A DNA stretch of 27,766 nt from Candidatus Odinarchaeota archaeon (GCA_038826135.1 JAWBON010000009.1:829-28594); one strand, 5' to 3'. Shown: positions 18,601-25,440, counted from the first letter of the stretch. Notes: generated by a model from the sequence alone, not told the origin. Translations and numbers: made by a program.

Positions 18601-21591
18601 AGAATCTGTTAATCCTTCACCCTCTATTCTCGCTATAATACCGTATCTGAGAAGTGCTAGTTGTATTTTTCTAGCTATAAGCTTGTTTGGTAGACTGATA
18701 CTTATGTTAGGTGTTCCTTCTCTTGTTAGTGAAATATCAGCTAAATAGTCGAATAGACCTGATATAAATGCTGCCATCTCTTTCTCTCTTAGTGAAAGAG
18801 TTAGTTCGCTTAAATCTATTATTTCATTATCTTCGGTGGCTAAACCAGCTTTATTAAGGATTTTTGCTATTATTCTCGAACTTATTACTAATTCTAGTCC
18901 GTTTTCAGTCTCTTCCGGTAGGATGTTGAAAACTCTTTTTACTGTTTCACTGAATAAGTTTATTAACTCGCGTGAACTGGTTGCGAATCGGATTCTATCT
19001 GCCTTCTCCGGAGTTTTATTGTATATACGGCTGCCTGCGACTAATCCTGTAATATACATGATTCCCCAGTTCAGGTAAGCGGGTATTTTAAGCCTATTCT
19101 CCCCACTTTCATAATACTCTCTTATATAGCGGGTTATATAATTTAAGCTGAATCCTGCGTTTTTCGAATATTTGATAAACTCTCTTAAAGGTATTTTAAC
19201 AGTATCACAACTTTCAACAGTTCTAGCATGCTTCTCTTTATCTAATTCGCTTATAGTCTGATTTTTTATATTTTCTAAAATATTTTTATTATTTAATTTT
19301 TCAAGGGTTTTTTTAAAAAATGTTTTCATCACGCCAACTTCAATGTTTTCATCATCGCCGATAAGCGCTAAAATATTTACTCTCTTACCATTATAGATTA
19401 TTCTCCGCGCCGCTGCTAAATAATCGTTGACTGTGAAGTCTGCGGCTTTCTTCCAGTATATTAAGCCGTTTTCTAATGTTTTCATTTTAGTTTCAGGTGT
19501 GAGTGTAATCTCTCGGCCAGTATATGTTAATATTTTAACAAGTTTTTCCGGTGTTTTTATCTTCCATAAACCAGTCACTTTTTTATCAACGTTTTTAAAC
19601 GGGTTGATTGTTTTAATTTTAATCTCAGTTTTAGGGTTAACTTTATACACTCCTTCCTGAATTTTTAAGGCTCCCTCGTTTAAGTGCTCTTCTACGAGTT
19701 TGCCGATTTCGTAAGGTGTTTCATCTTTAACTATTATCGTATCAGGCGCTACGCAAAGCCCGGCCGCGGAGGAGCCTTTACCGGAAGTGTATAGGCCTCG
19801 CGGCGCTAGTTGAGCTGTATATTGGAGGATTTGACTATTATGCACATAAAAATCGTTAGCTATGAAATTATTCGACCCTGGGACCTGCAGGTCATACACC
19901 CATTGAGATGTAGGTTTTATTCTCGCAATTTTCGTGATTCTATCCCAGAATATGTCAGTTTCGCATATTAGGCTTAATCGCTGGAGGCTTTCACTAGAGC
20001 CATGCTGTTTAACATGTTCAATAATTTTTTTAAGATGTGTTACATTCGCCTCTAAATCCCCGTTTTCATATTTCTTGTATAAGGGCTCTGGGATCCCCAT
20101 CTGATTTATTTGAAGATTTCTTTCCTCTCTGATTTTTTTAAGGAGTTGTCTTACACCTGGTATTATAGTTAAACCAGCCTTTTTATCTGTATTTTCCAGT
20201 CTAGATGTGGCGATAAAATCTTCTAAGGATAGTTCCTTTGCTTCCTTACAGAATATTAATCCATTATTCGTTGTGTAAAAAGGATGGGTTGGTGTTACCG
20301 TGATCTCTTTTCCATGCTCTGTTTTAATATTAATCATGTAGGATGGCGCGCTTCTCTTCCAGAATATATTCGCTTCAGCCGGTTCTATCCGACCTCTCCG
20401 GTTCATAGTTAATATTATAACAGAACCGTTAGCGTAGTATCCGTCATCTATTATGTTAGTGTTTTTTTCAAGGTTTTCTTCAACTAGTTCCTCTATTCTA
20501 CGTTTCTCCCCTGAAGCCATTAGAACAAGAGCGCCGGGTGCTAGGCATTTTGCTGTCCCCGGGTCTCCTACAAGTAAAATGTTTGATTCACCTCTGATTT
20601 TCATAGAGTCGGGTAGTACTTTACTAACACCGCCGAATAGTTGGAGTGCTATGGCTTCTTTGACGTCTTCTAATCCGTATATGCTCGGGGCTATGCTTTT
20701 AATTATCTTGTTATGGATTTCCGGATCCCGGCTTATTTCAAGTATCTTCTGCTCGTCTTCCGGTGTAATCTCTGTTTTCTCTAATTCTTTCTCTGTTATG
20801 TCGATATAGTTTGCTTCTAAATAGATCTTGAAGGTGCTTAGTTTAGTTCTGCCTGCATATTCCGGTGTGCTTCTCAGAATACCTATAATACTTACTCTGT
20901 CACCGGGTCTGGCTGAGTCTACAAGATCGTATGTTAGGATAGCGTCTATCGCTCTTGGTAGCTGGCCTGGCGGTAACTCCTCGGGTTTCTCTTGGACTCT
21001 TATTTTCTGCCAATCTTCAAATTTAGATTCTTCATTTATCAGTCTAAAAGGCCCGTTTCTTCTACAATTAGTGTTCTCGCATATTATTGGTTTAATTATC
21101 TCCGTGGTCTCCTGTCTCACAAAGTTTCTGTAATGGCATCTTAGGCATTCGAAGGCGGCCTCTACCAGTCTTGGTTTAACTTCACTCGCTCTAGTTAGTA
21201 TTCCATCTATCATTACTAGAATGCCGATATGTTCGCTTCTTATTTTACGGAGTGGTATATGATTAATGCTCGGTAGGTTTCTAAATCTCACAAAAAGCGC
21301 TCTATCCTCGTTTTTAAGCTTCTCAAAGTATTCTCGATCTTCAAGTTCTAGTACAGTCATAGCCGCTCGGTCTGCTGCTTTAATCACCTCTTCAGGTTTT
21401 AAAAGCAAATCTCTTGCTATCTCAGCGTCGTATCTTAGAAGATCGTCGAAATCAACTATTATAGATATTTTATTCTCTATGCTTAGCTGCTGAATTTTTC
21501 TTCGATATTTTAATTCATTTTTCTGATCTTTAAAGCTTTTAAAGAAGTCTTCAAACTTCTCTTCAGGATCTATTGCAGCCTCTTCACTCAT
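15622..21591 (-). CDS. mcm: MCM replicative helicase precursor (1989 aa) with three inteins; spliced product 689 aa
   Basis: Zn finger CLRC..CENTNC, IAPSIYG, Walker A GDPGTAK|S, GKGSSAAGL|T, ADKGLA|CIDEFDKM, SRFD arginine finger, ITARQLE, C-terminal wHTH. Confidence 0.97.
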   Translation of the reverse strand: MSEEAAIDPEEKFEDFFKSFKDQKNELKYRRKIQQLSIENKISIIVDFDDLLRYDAEIARDLLLKPEEVIKAADRAAMTVLELEDREYFEKLKNEDRALFVRFRNLPSINHIPLRKIRSEHIGILVMIDGILTRASEVKPRLVEAAFECLRCHYRNFVRQETTEIIKPIICENTNCRRNGPFRLINEESKFEDWQKIRVQEKPEELPPGQLPRAIDAILTYDLVDSARPGDRVSIIGILRSTPEYAGRTKLSTFKIYLEANYIDITEKELEKTEITPEDEQKILEISRDPEIHNKIIKSIAPSIYGLEDVKEAIALQLFGGVSKVLPDSMKIRGESNILLVGDPGTAKCLAPGALVLMASGEKRRIEELVEENLEKNTNIIDDGYYANGSVIILTMNRRGRIEPAEANIFWKRSAPSYMINIKTEHGKEITVTPTHPFYTTNNGLIFCKEAKELSLEDFIATSRLENTDKKAGLTIIPGVRQLLKKIREERNLQINQMGIPEPLYKKYENGDLEANVTHLKKIIEHVKQHGSSESLQRLSLICETDIFWDRITKIARIKPTSQWVYDLQVPGSNNFIANDFYVHNSQILQYTAQLAPRGLYTSGKGSSAAGLCVAPDTIIVKDETPYEIGKLVEEHLNEGALKIQEGVYKVNPKTEIKIKTINPFKNVDKKVTGLWKIKTPEKLVKILTYTGREITLTPETKMKTLENGLIYWKKAADFTVNDYLAAARRIIYNGKRVNILALIGDDENIEVGVMKTFFKKTLEKLNNKNILENIKNQTISELDKEKHARTVESCDTVKIPLREFIKYSKNAGFSLNYITRYIREYYESGENRLKIPAYLNWGIMYITGLVAGSRIYNKTPEKADRIRFATSSRELINLFSETVKRVFNILPEETENGLELVISSRIIAKILNKAGLATEDNEIIDLSELTLSLREKEMAAFISGLFDYLADISLTREGTPNISISLPNKLIARKIQLALLRYGIIARIEGEGLTDSDKKEFKSDKTSQDKAQTLTINGFELIIYRDRIGSKSKLKREKLEKAVEHLQKTWINSQNSVYNKPPYYKIYTTPLTHKETSITETSSQPSYAPEDLKETDIFWDKVKKIEFSNSNIHQWVYDVTVEDSHSFIANGLLVHNTAAVLKDESGAMALEAGALVLADKGLACLHPNTDIIFNNRIISIEKLFNEDLMQIRYSNGEEIQIAPINGEIKTFNLEKFESTQTESNIIRRKKYDGEIIHIKLNSGFELNLTPDHKLIDGNSITWRSAQEFKVGDYIIAPLKISEPKREIYLFDIIPEDWLVILSKSDKQKLKKIILQNFRSVSEFNKAFNIKRGILSGNEHFKLGKFKEILNYFNLIDEWKDKPIKYARKKMGETLKISKITPELSYLLGVVYGDGTYQINKRGSMIQIKQPIKKKEIIDKLKKCIEKISYRKLWEHQRENNSIIKDQQVSEKFTELFIRSNLLTFIIDYFLKENLKNILELPQNCLKEFIAGAFDSDGYVSIKKSRKKDKKYYTAHIEFLLSDNKKKDLAFMQALRRLDVYSKLLIKKNANIIRITGRADVNNFCKLMKEHSIKVQKTKIPPSINKVSSDSDKLPSQAVSRISKAISNLNKSILVKKGVWSTLYAYNKQKNQPSRIQLEKIRDKLANYLPAGLNNEINTITKRDYFLDKIVAIRKKSYKGFVYDLYVPGFNNFYGNGVWLHNCIDEFDKMNPQDRVAIHEAMEQRTVSIAKAGIIATLNARTSILAAANPALGRYNEYRTPADNIKLPVTLLSRFDLIFIVTDKPDVEKDRKIAEHILSLHRRESVEPPLDIDFLRKYITYAKRNCSPSISPEAAKKIQEFYLEMRKSGEGEDSPVPITARQLEALIRLVEARARMALKKEATVEDTEAVIKLVKSCLHQVGVDKETGKMDIDILMTGAPKSQRDRLSTLLDIISNLEKEQKGTVPLQDVIDRAKEYQLEEGFVKEALQRLLNDGTIFEPEPGYIKRTE
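16486..18099 (-). mobile_element. MCM intein 3 (538 aa, before Walker B) with apparently intact LAGLIDADG homing endonuclease
   Basis: Starts C (CLHPNT), block B TPDH, YLLGVVYGDG and FIAGAFDSDG, block F VYDLYV, ends WLHN followed by Cys(+1). Confidence 0.95.
18181..19755 (-). mobile_element. MCM intein 2 (525 aa) with degenerate LAGLIDADG domain
   Basis: Starts CVAPDT, block B TPET, degenerate YITGLVAGSR and FISGLFDYLA, VYDVTVEDSHSFIANG, ends VHN followed by Thr(+1). Confidence 0.94.
19837..20547 (-). mobile_element. MCM intein 1 (237 aa, in Walker A), endonuclease-free, with internal XRE-like HTH
   Basis: Starts CLAPG directly after the P-loop Lys, block B TPTHPF, VYDLQV, ends VHN followed by Ser(+1). 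No LAGLIDADG motif seen. Confidence 0.94.
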
Positions 21592-21592
21592 A

Positions 21593-22147
21593 TTAATCTC
21601 CTAGTATTCTATCCACCCATATTTTTATTATATGATTTATTTTTTCATAAAGCCATTTTTCCTCTTCTGTTAGGTTCTCTAAGATTTTAGGCGGGGCTCC
21701 TCTAAAAGATATTTTAAGTATTTTGCTTACGCGCGTTGATAAAAGATCGTTTAACTGCGTCTCTAAGCCCTCGATTTTTTTTATCATTGCAGGATTCGGG
21801 TTTAATTTAAACTCTTTTTTTAACCGGTTTAATATGTTCGAAATCTTAAGGTAAAATGGTCTCTCCAACTCTTCTAGCTGTGTCTTAGCTTTTTCGCTCC
21901 AAACTTTTTTCTGAATGTATGTTTCATCTAACTCCTCTTTTTCTATGAACTCCGCCAGACCCTCATCTACTAGTATTTTAGCTTTCCACCAGGGGATTTC
22001 AAGCTCTGAACCTGCGGGTTTCACCGGGATCTCAAGCTCCACTGCAACATCTTCACCTATCTCATTAGTTATTCTTACCAGTACCGGTATATGTATTCGT
22101 GAAAACAACATTTCATTAATTTCCTTTATCTCCAATTTCAAGACCAC
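21593..22147 (-). CDS. gins23: GINS subunit, Gins23-type (B-domain then A-domain)
   Basis: N-terminal beta domain (ELEIPWWKAKILVDEG), helical A-domain (FY, STRVSKILK, NLTEEEKWLY). Its stop lies 1 nt before the mcm ATG, the known gins23-mcm arrangement. Confidence 0.85.
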   Translation of the reverse strand: MVLKLEIKEINEMLFSRIHIPVLVRITNEIGEDVAVELEIPVKPAGSELEIPWWKAKILVDEGLAEFIEKEELDETYIQKKVWSEKAKTQLEELERPFYLKISNILNRLKKEFKLNPNPAMIKKIEGLETQLNDLLSTRVSKILKISFRGAPPKILENLTEEEKWLYEKINHIIKIWVDRILGD

Positions 22148-22270
22148 CGGTGAATAGTTTTAGAACGAGTTTGAACACAATAATTTGATAAATATTCTAT
22201 TACTTAATTCTATTTTTATGTTTGACGAAATTATTTTTGAGATTTTAATTAAGCTAGCTTGGGGTTAAAC

Positions 22271-22278
22271 TTTTATTC
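22271..22278 (+). promoter_or_regulatory. Probable TATA box for a leaderless transcript starting at about ATG 22301
   Basis: TTAAAC-TTTTATTC ends 22 nt before ATG 22301, which fits archaeal promoter geometry. Confidence 0.4.
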
Positions 22279-22300
22279 AACCTATTTATTATAATTTACT

Positions 22301-23317
22301 ATGGAAAACCAGTGACTGAATCCTAGTAGACTTATCATACTAGTTTTAATAACAGCTGTTTCAGGGATTTTAATAGGTCATTTTCTCCCTTGGGTGTCTG
22401 CGTCTCTTTTAAACCTCCAATTTATGAACATCTCTATACCTATAGCTGTTTGTGTTATCGCTCTTTTAACCCCTCAGTTCATGTGCTGGAATATATGTAA
22501 AAAAGAATTTTTTAAAGCGGTTAAAAGACCGCTCCCTTTAATCATCATTATATTATCTAACTGGCTTATCTCACCTTTAACCGGTATTTTATCAGCCAGT
22601 ATTTTTTTAACCGCTAATCTCTCTTTTAAGTTAGGGGTTTCATTATTATTTTTAGGGCCATCGATATCCATGGTCATATATTGGAATAAGCTTGCAGGGG
22701 GTTCCCAAAACCTAGTTACGGCTGCTACTTTATTAAATTTAATTATCATAATCACGGTGTACCCTTTTGCAGCGTATATTTTAATCGGTCATATAGCTGT
22801 ATGGGTTCCTTTAGAAATTGTTTTCTTAACGATCTTAGTATTTTTTTTAACACCGCTTTTCCTAGGTCTATTATTAAGAATATGCTTTAAGATTAATGTT
22901 GTTAGCAGGAACACCGTCATTTCTGTTAACCGTGTTTCTGACAAAATATCCGTTACAGTTTTTTTCGCACTGATACTTATTTTATACATTGTTCAAAGTG
23001 AAAATATTATTCTTCACACGCTTGATTTCATAATTTTATCTGTGCCTATAATATTTGGTTATATGCTGGTTTACGCGATGGTGTCAGCGTTATGTTTTAT
23101 TGCCCGTATTAGTCAAGCTGAGAGTGCGACCGCTATCATAGTAGGTTCCGGTAATCAATATGAAATAGCTATAGCGGCTTCAACAATCATCTTTGGTGTG
23201 CAATCTGGTGTAACACTCGCGGTTAGCATCGGGCCTGTGCTCGAGGCGCCTCTTATGCTACTTTTAATAAGTATAATATTTAGATTATCCAGTTTGCGCT
23301 CCTCTAAAAAATTATAG
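22301..23317 (+). CDS. Acr3-like (BART/SBF fold) secondary transporter; in-frame TGA at codon 5, so possible pseudogene or internal start
   Basis: SNWLISP, GPSISMVIYWNKLAGG, GNQYEIAIAA and GPVLEAPLML match Acr3. The ORF-track start GTG 22394 omits an in-frame TM1 (LIILVLITAVSGILIGHFLP), which follows ATG GAA AAC CAG TGA. Confidence 0.75.
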
Positions 23318-23390
23318 AATTTAATATTTTTAAGAAAATTTTAAGGTAACCGTCCTTATTTTTGTTTAAGATTTTTTTGTAGGGTAGAGG

Positions 23391-23398
23391 TTTAAATT
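23391..23398 (+). promoter_or_regulatory. Probable TATA box of the ThrC-like/PadR gene (leaderless)
   Basis: TTTAAATT ends 22 nt before ATG 23421; no SD before that ATG. Confidence 0.45.
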
Positions 23399-23420
23399 TA
23401 CTTATCTAATTAATTTATTT

Positions 23421-24836
23421 ATGGTTTCTATGCGGTTTAAGTGCCCTAGATGTGGTAAGATTTACGTGGCGGAGCGGGTTCTCTCCCTTTGCGAGGGGTG
23501 TGCTTCCCCCCTTATTTATTTTTATGATTATTCTAAAATCAAGGATACGCTCTCCTTTTCAGATGAGAAGTCTTTTTGGAGGTTCTCATCTCTTCTCCCT
23601 CCTATTGAATCCAAGTTTAGAATCTCATTGGGTGAGGGTGTTACACCCATCTTCAGGTCCACTCGGATGGGTTCTATTATAGGATTGAATAACTTGTTTT
23701 TGAAGGATGAATCACGTAATCCTACAAACTCATTCAGGGATAGAGCTGCCAGTCTACTGATCTCACATGCTTTAAGTTTAAATTTCAGTGAGGTTCTATG
23801 CGCCTCTAATGGGAATCTAGGGGCAGCTATTTCCGCTTATTGCGCTAGGGCTGATATTAAGAGCACGATTGTCACGCCCAGTCTGGTTGATATCGGTAAA
23901 CTATCTCAAATGAAAATGTACGGTGCTAATATTGTTTATGAGGGTGAAACTATTGATGAAGCTATCCGTTTTGTCCTTGAAGACTGGAAGGATAAAAATA
24001 TGTATCAGGCAACGTCGGGGCTTAACCCGCTTATATTAGAGGCTCAGAAGACAATCGCGTATGAGATTATTGAGCAGGTGGGTGTGCCTGATTTTGTCAT
24101 TGTGCCTATGGGGGACGGTGGAACTATTTACTCTATTTGGAGAGGTTTCAGAGAATTCTATGATTTAGGTTTATCTTCTAAGCTGCCAAAGATGATTGGT
24201 GTGCAGTCCCTCACGTGCTCACCTATCGTTAAAGCTTTTGAAAAAAACTCTGATGTGACGCGTTTTCCCGGTGGAACAACTATTGCTTTAGCTATACTGG
24301 TTTTAGAGCCTTTAAACGGGTGGTTGGCTTTATCAGCTTTGAAGGAGTCTGAGGGTGTTGCCTTATCGGTTTCTGATAAAGAGATTTCTGACTCTCAAAG
24401 ACTGCTAGCATTAGAGGAGGGGATATACGCTGAGACAGCTAGTTGCGCGACATTGGCGGCTGTTAGGAGGCTGGCTACGGATGGTGTTATAGGAAGAGAT
24501 GATCTTGTTACGTGTATAATTACAGGAAGTGGGTTAAAGGACCAGTACTTGCTGGCGGCTTTAACTGGGTTATCTAGGAGAGTTAATTTAGCTGATAGAG
24601 TTAATTTGAAGCTTCGAATATTAAGGTTGATTTCGCTTGGAGAAACTTACGGTTACTCGCTCTGGAATTCTTTATCGAAATCAGTTACTTTACAAGCTAT
24701 ATATCAGCATCTTAATGAATTAGAGACTCGTGGGCTAATAGTTTCTACGGATAGGGATAATCGGAGATATTATTCTATAACTGGTAGGGGTCTTAAAGTG
24801 CTTAATGCTTTAGAGGAGCTTGCGTTTCTTCTTTAG
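23421..24836 (+). CDS. Threonine-synthase-fold (PLP fold type II) protein with Lys-to-Arg at the PLP site, fused to a C-terminal PadR-like winged helix
   Basis: Zn ribbon CPRC..CEGC, SLGEGVTP, LKDESRNPTNSFRDR, ASNGNLG, VPMGDGG, TGSGLKD. Residues ~394-471: ILRLI..GETYGY, IYQHLNELETRGLI, RRYYSITGRG. Confidence 0.88.
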   Translation: MVSMRFKCPRCGKIYVAERVLSLCEGCASPLIYFYDYSKIKDTLSFSDEKSFWRFSSLLPPIESKFRISLGEGVTPIFRSTRMGSIIGLNNLFLKDESRNPTNSFRDRAASLLISHALSLNFSEVLCASNGNLGAAISAYCARADIKSTIVTPSLVDIGKLSQMKMYGANIVYEGETIDEAIRFVLEDWKDKNMYQATSGLNPLILEAQKTIAYEIIEQVGVPDFVIVPMGDGGTIYSIWRGFREFYDLGLSSKLPKMIGVQSLTCSPIVKAFEKNSDVTRFPGGTTIALAILVLEPLNGWLALSALKESEGVALSVSDKEISDSQRLLALEEGIYAETASCATLAAVRRLATDGVIGRDDLVTCIITGSGLKDQYLLAALTGLSRRVNLADRVNLKLRILRLISLGETYGYSLWNSLSKSVTLQAIYQHLNELETRGLIVSTDRDNRRYYSITGRGLKVLNALEELAFLL

Positions 24837-24841
24837 AAATA

Positions 24842-24880
24842 TTTATATAAAAGTTAACTCTTGTATACAAGTAATTACTT
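24842..24880 (+). promoter_or_regulatory. TATA box plus three abutting palindromes (candidate operator) upstream of the ECF S-component gene
   Basis: TTTATATA 24842-24849; AGTTAACT 24852-24859; CTTGTATACAAG 24860-24871; AAGTAATTACTT 24869-24880. Confidence 0.65.
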
Positions 24881-24894
24881 TAATATGTGGTCCT

Positions 24895-25440
24895 ATGATA
24901 ACGCAGTCTATTAAGGCAAGGTTCCCCAACTATCCAGTATCAGTCCAAGCAGCGTTAATAGGTTTATTCGCAGCGTTAACCATAATATTAACAATAATCA
25001 TTCAGATACCTGTGCCCGCTACAGGCGGATACATTAACATAGGCGACGCCGCTGTGATGCTCGCAGGCTTGTTGTTCGGACCTGTTATTGGAGGCATAGC
25101 TGGCGGTTTAGGATCTGCACTAGCCGATATAATCACCGGCTACGCGTTTTACGCCCCGTGGACGCTGATAATCAAAGGGGTTGAAGGCTTTCTAGCCGGG
25201 TTTATCAGTAGAAGAGACCGTTTCACATACTTTGATATCATAGCTTGTTTTCTAGTAGCTGGACCATGGATGATAGCAGGGTATTTTATGGTTGAAACCT
25301 TACTGTTTAGTTCAGCTGCAGCTATAGTTGAACTCCCGCTGAATGCGGTTCAATTCAGTGTAGGCGGGGCGGTCGCTTTACCTGTATCCATAGCTGCTAG
25401 GAAAATTACGCCGCCGCTGAACGCTTTTAAAGGTAGATGA
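24895..25440 (+). CDS. ECF transporter substrate-binding (S) component, COG4720-like
   Basis: AALIGLFAAL (AxxxA), IPVPATGGYINIGD, LFGP..GGIAGGLGSALAD, APWTLIIKGVEG; about 6 TMs. ATG 24895 is preferred over TTG 24820, which overlaps the upstream gene and its promoter. Confidence 0.88.
   Translation: MITQSIKARFPNYPVSVQAALIGLFAALTIILTIIIQIPVPATGGYINIGDAAVMLAGLLFGPVIGGIAGGLGSALADIITGYAFYAPWTLIIKGVEGFLAGFISRRDRFTYFDIIACFLVAGPWMIAGYFMVETLLFSSAAAIVELPLNAVQFSVGGAVALPVSIAARKITPPLNAFKGR

Noticed and set aside
22245-22260. Palindromes TTAATTAA and AAGCTAGCTT upstream of the Acr3-like promoter
   Set aside because: They are short and unrelated in sequence to the ECF-promoter dyads, and expected by chance in AT-rich DNA.
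22148-22300. Replication origin next to gins-mcm
   Set aside because: The gap is AT-rich but only about 150 nt, has no repeated ORB-like boxes and no cdc6/orc1 nearby, and is explained by divergent promoters.
22313-22315. Selenocysteine decoding of the Acr3 UGA
   Set aside because: The position is in a non-catalytic N-terminal tail rather than at the conserved Cys site, and the 3' flank (23318-23390) is AT-rich with no SECIS-like stem.
23342-23358. TAAGG-N7-CCTTA inverted repeat between the Acr3-like and ThrC-PadR genes
   Set aside because: A 5-bp arm is too weak to call an operator or terminator.
24820-24894. ORF-track N-terminal extension of the ECF S-component from TTG 24820
   Set aside because: It overlaps the upstream gene's end and runs through the TATA and palindrome region; ATG 24895 gives a normal-size S-component.
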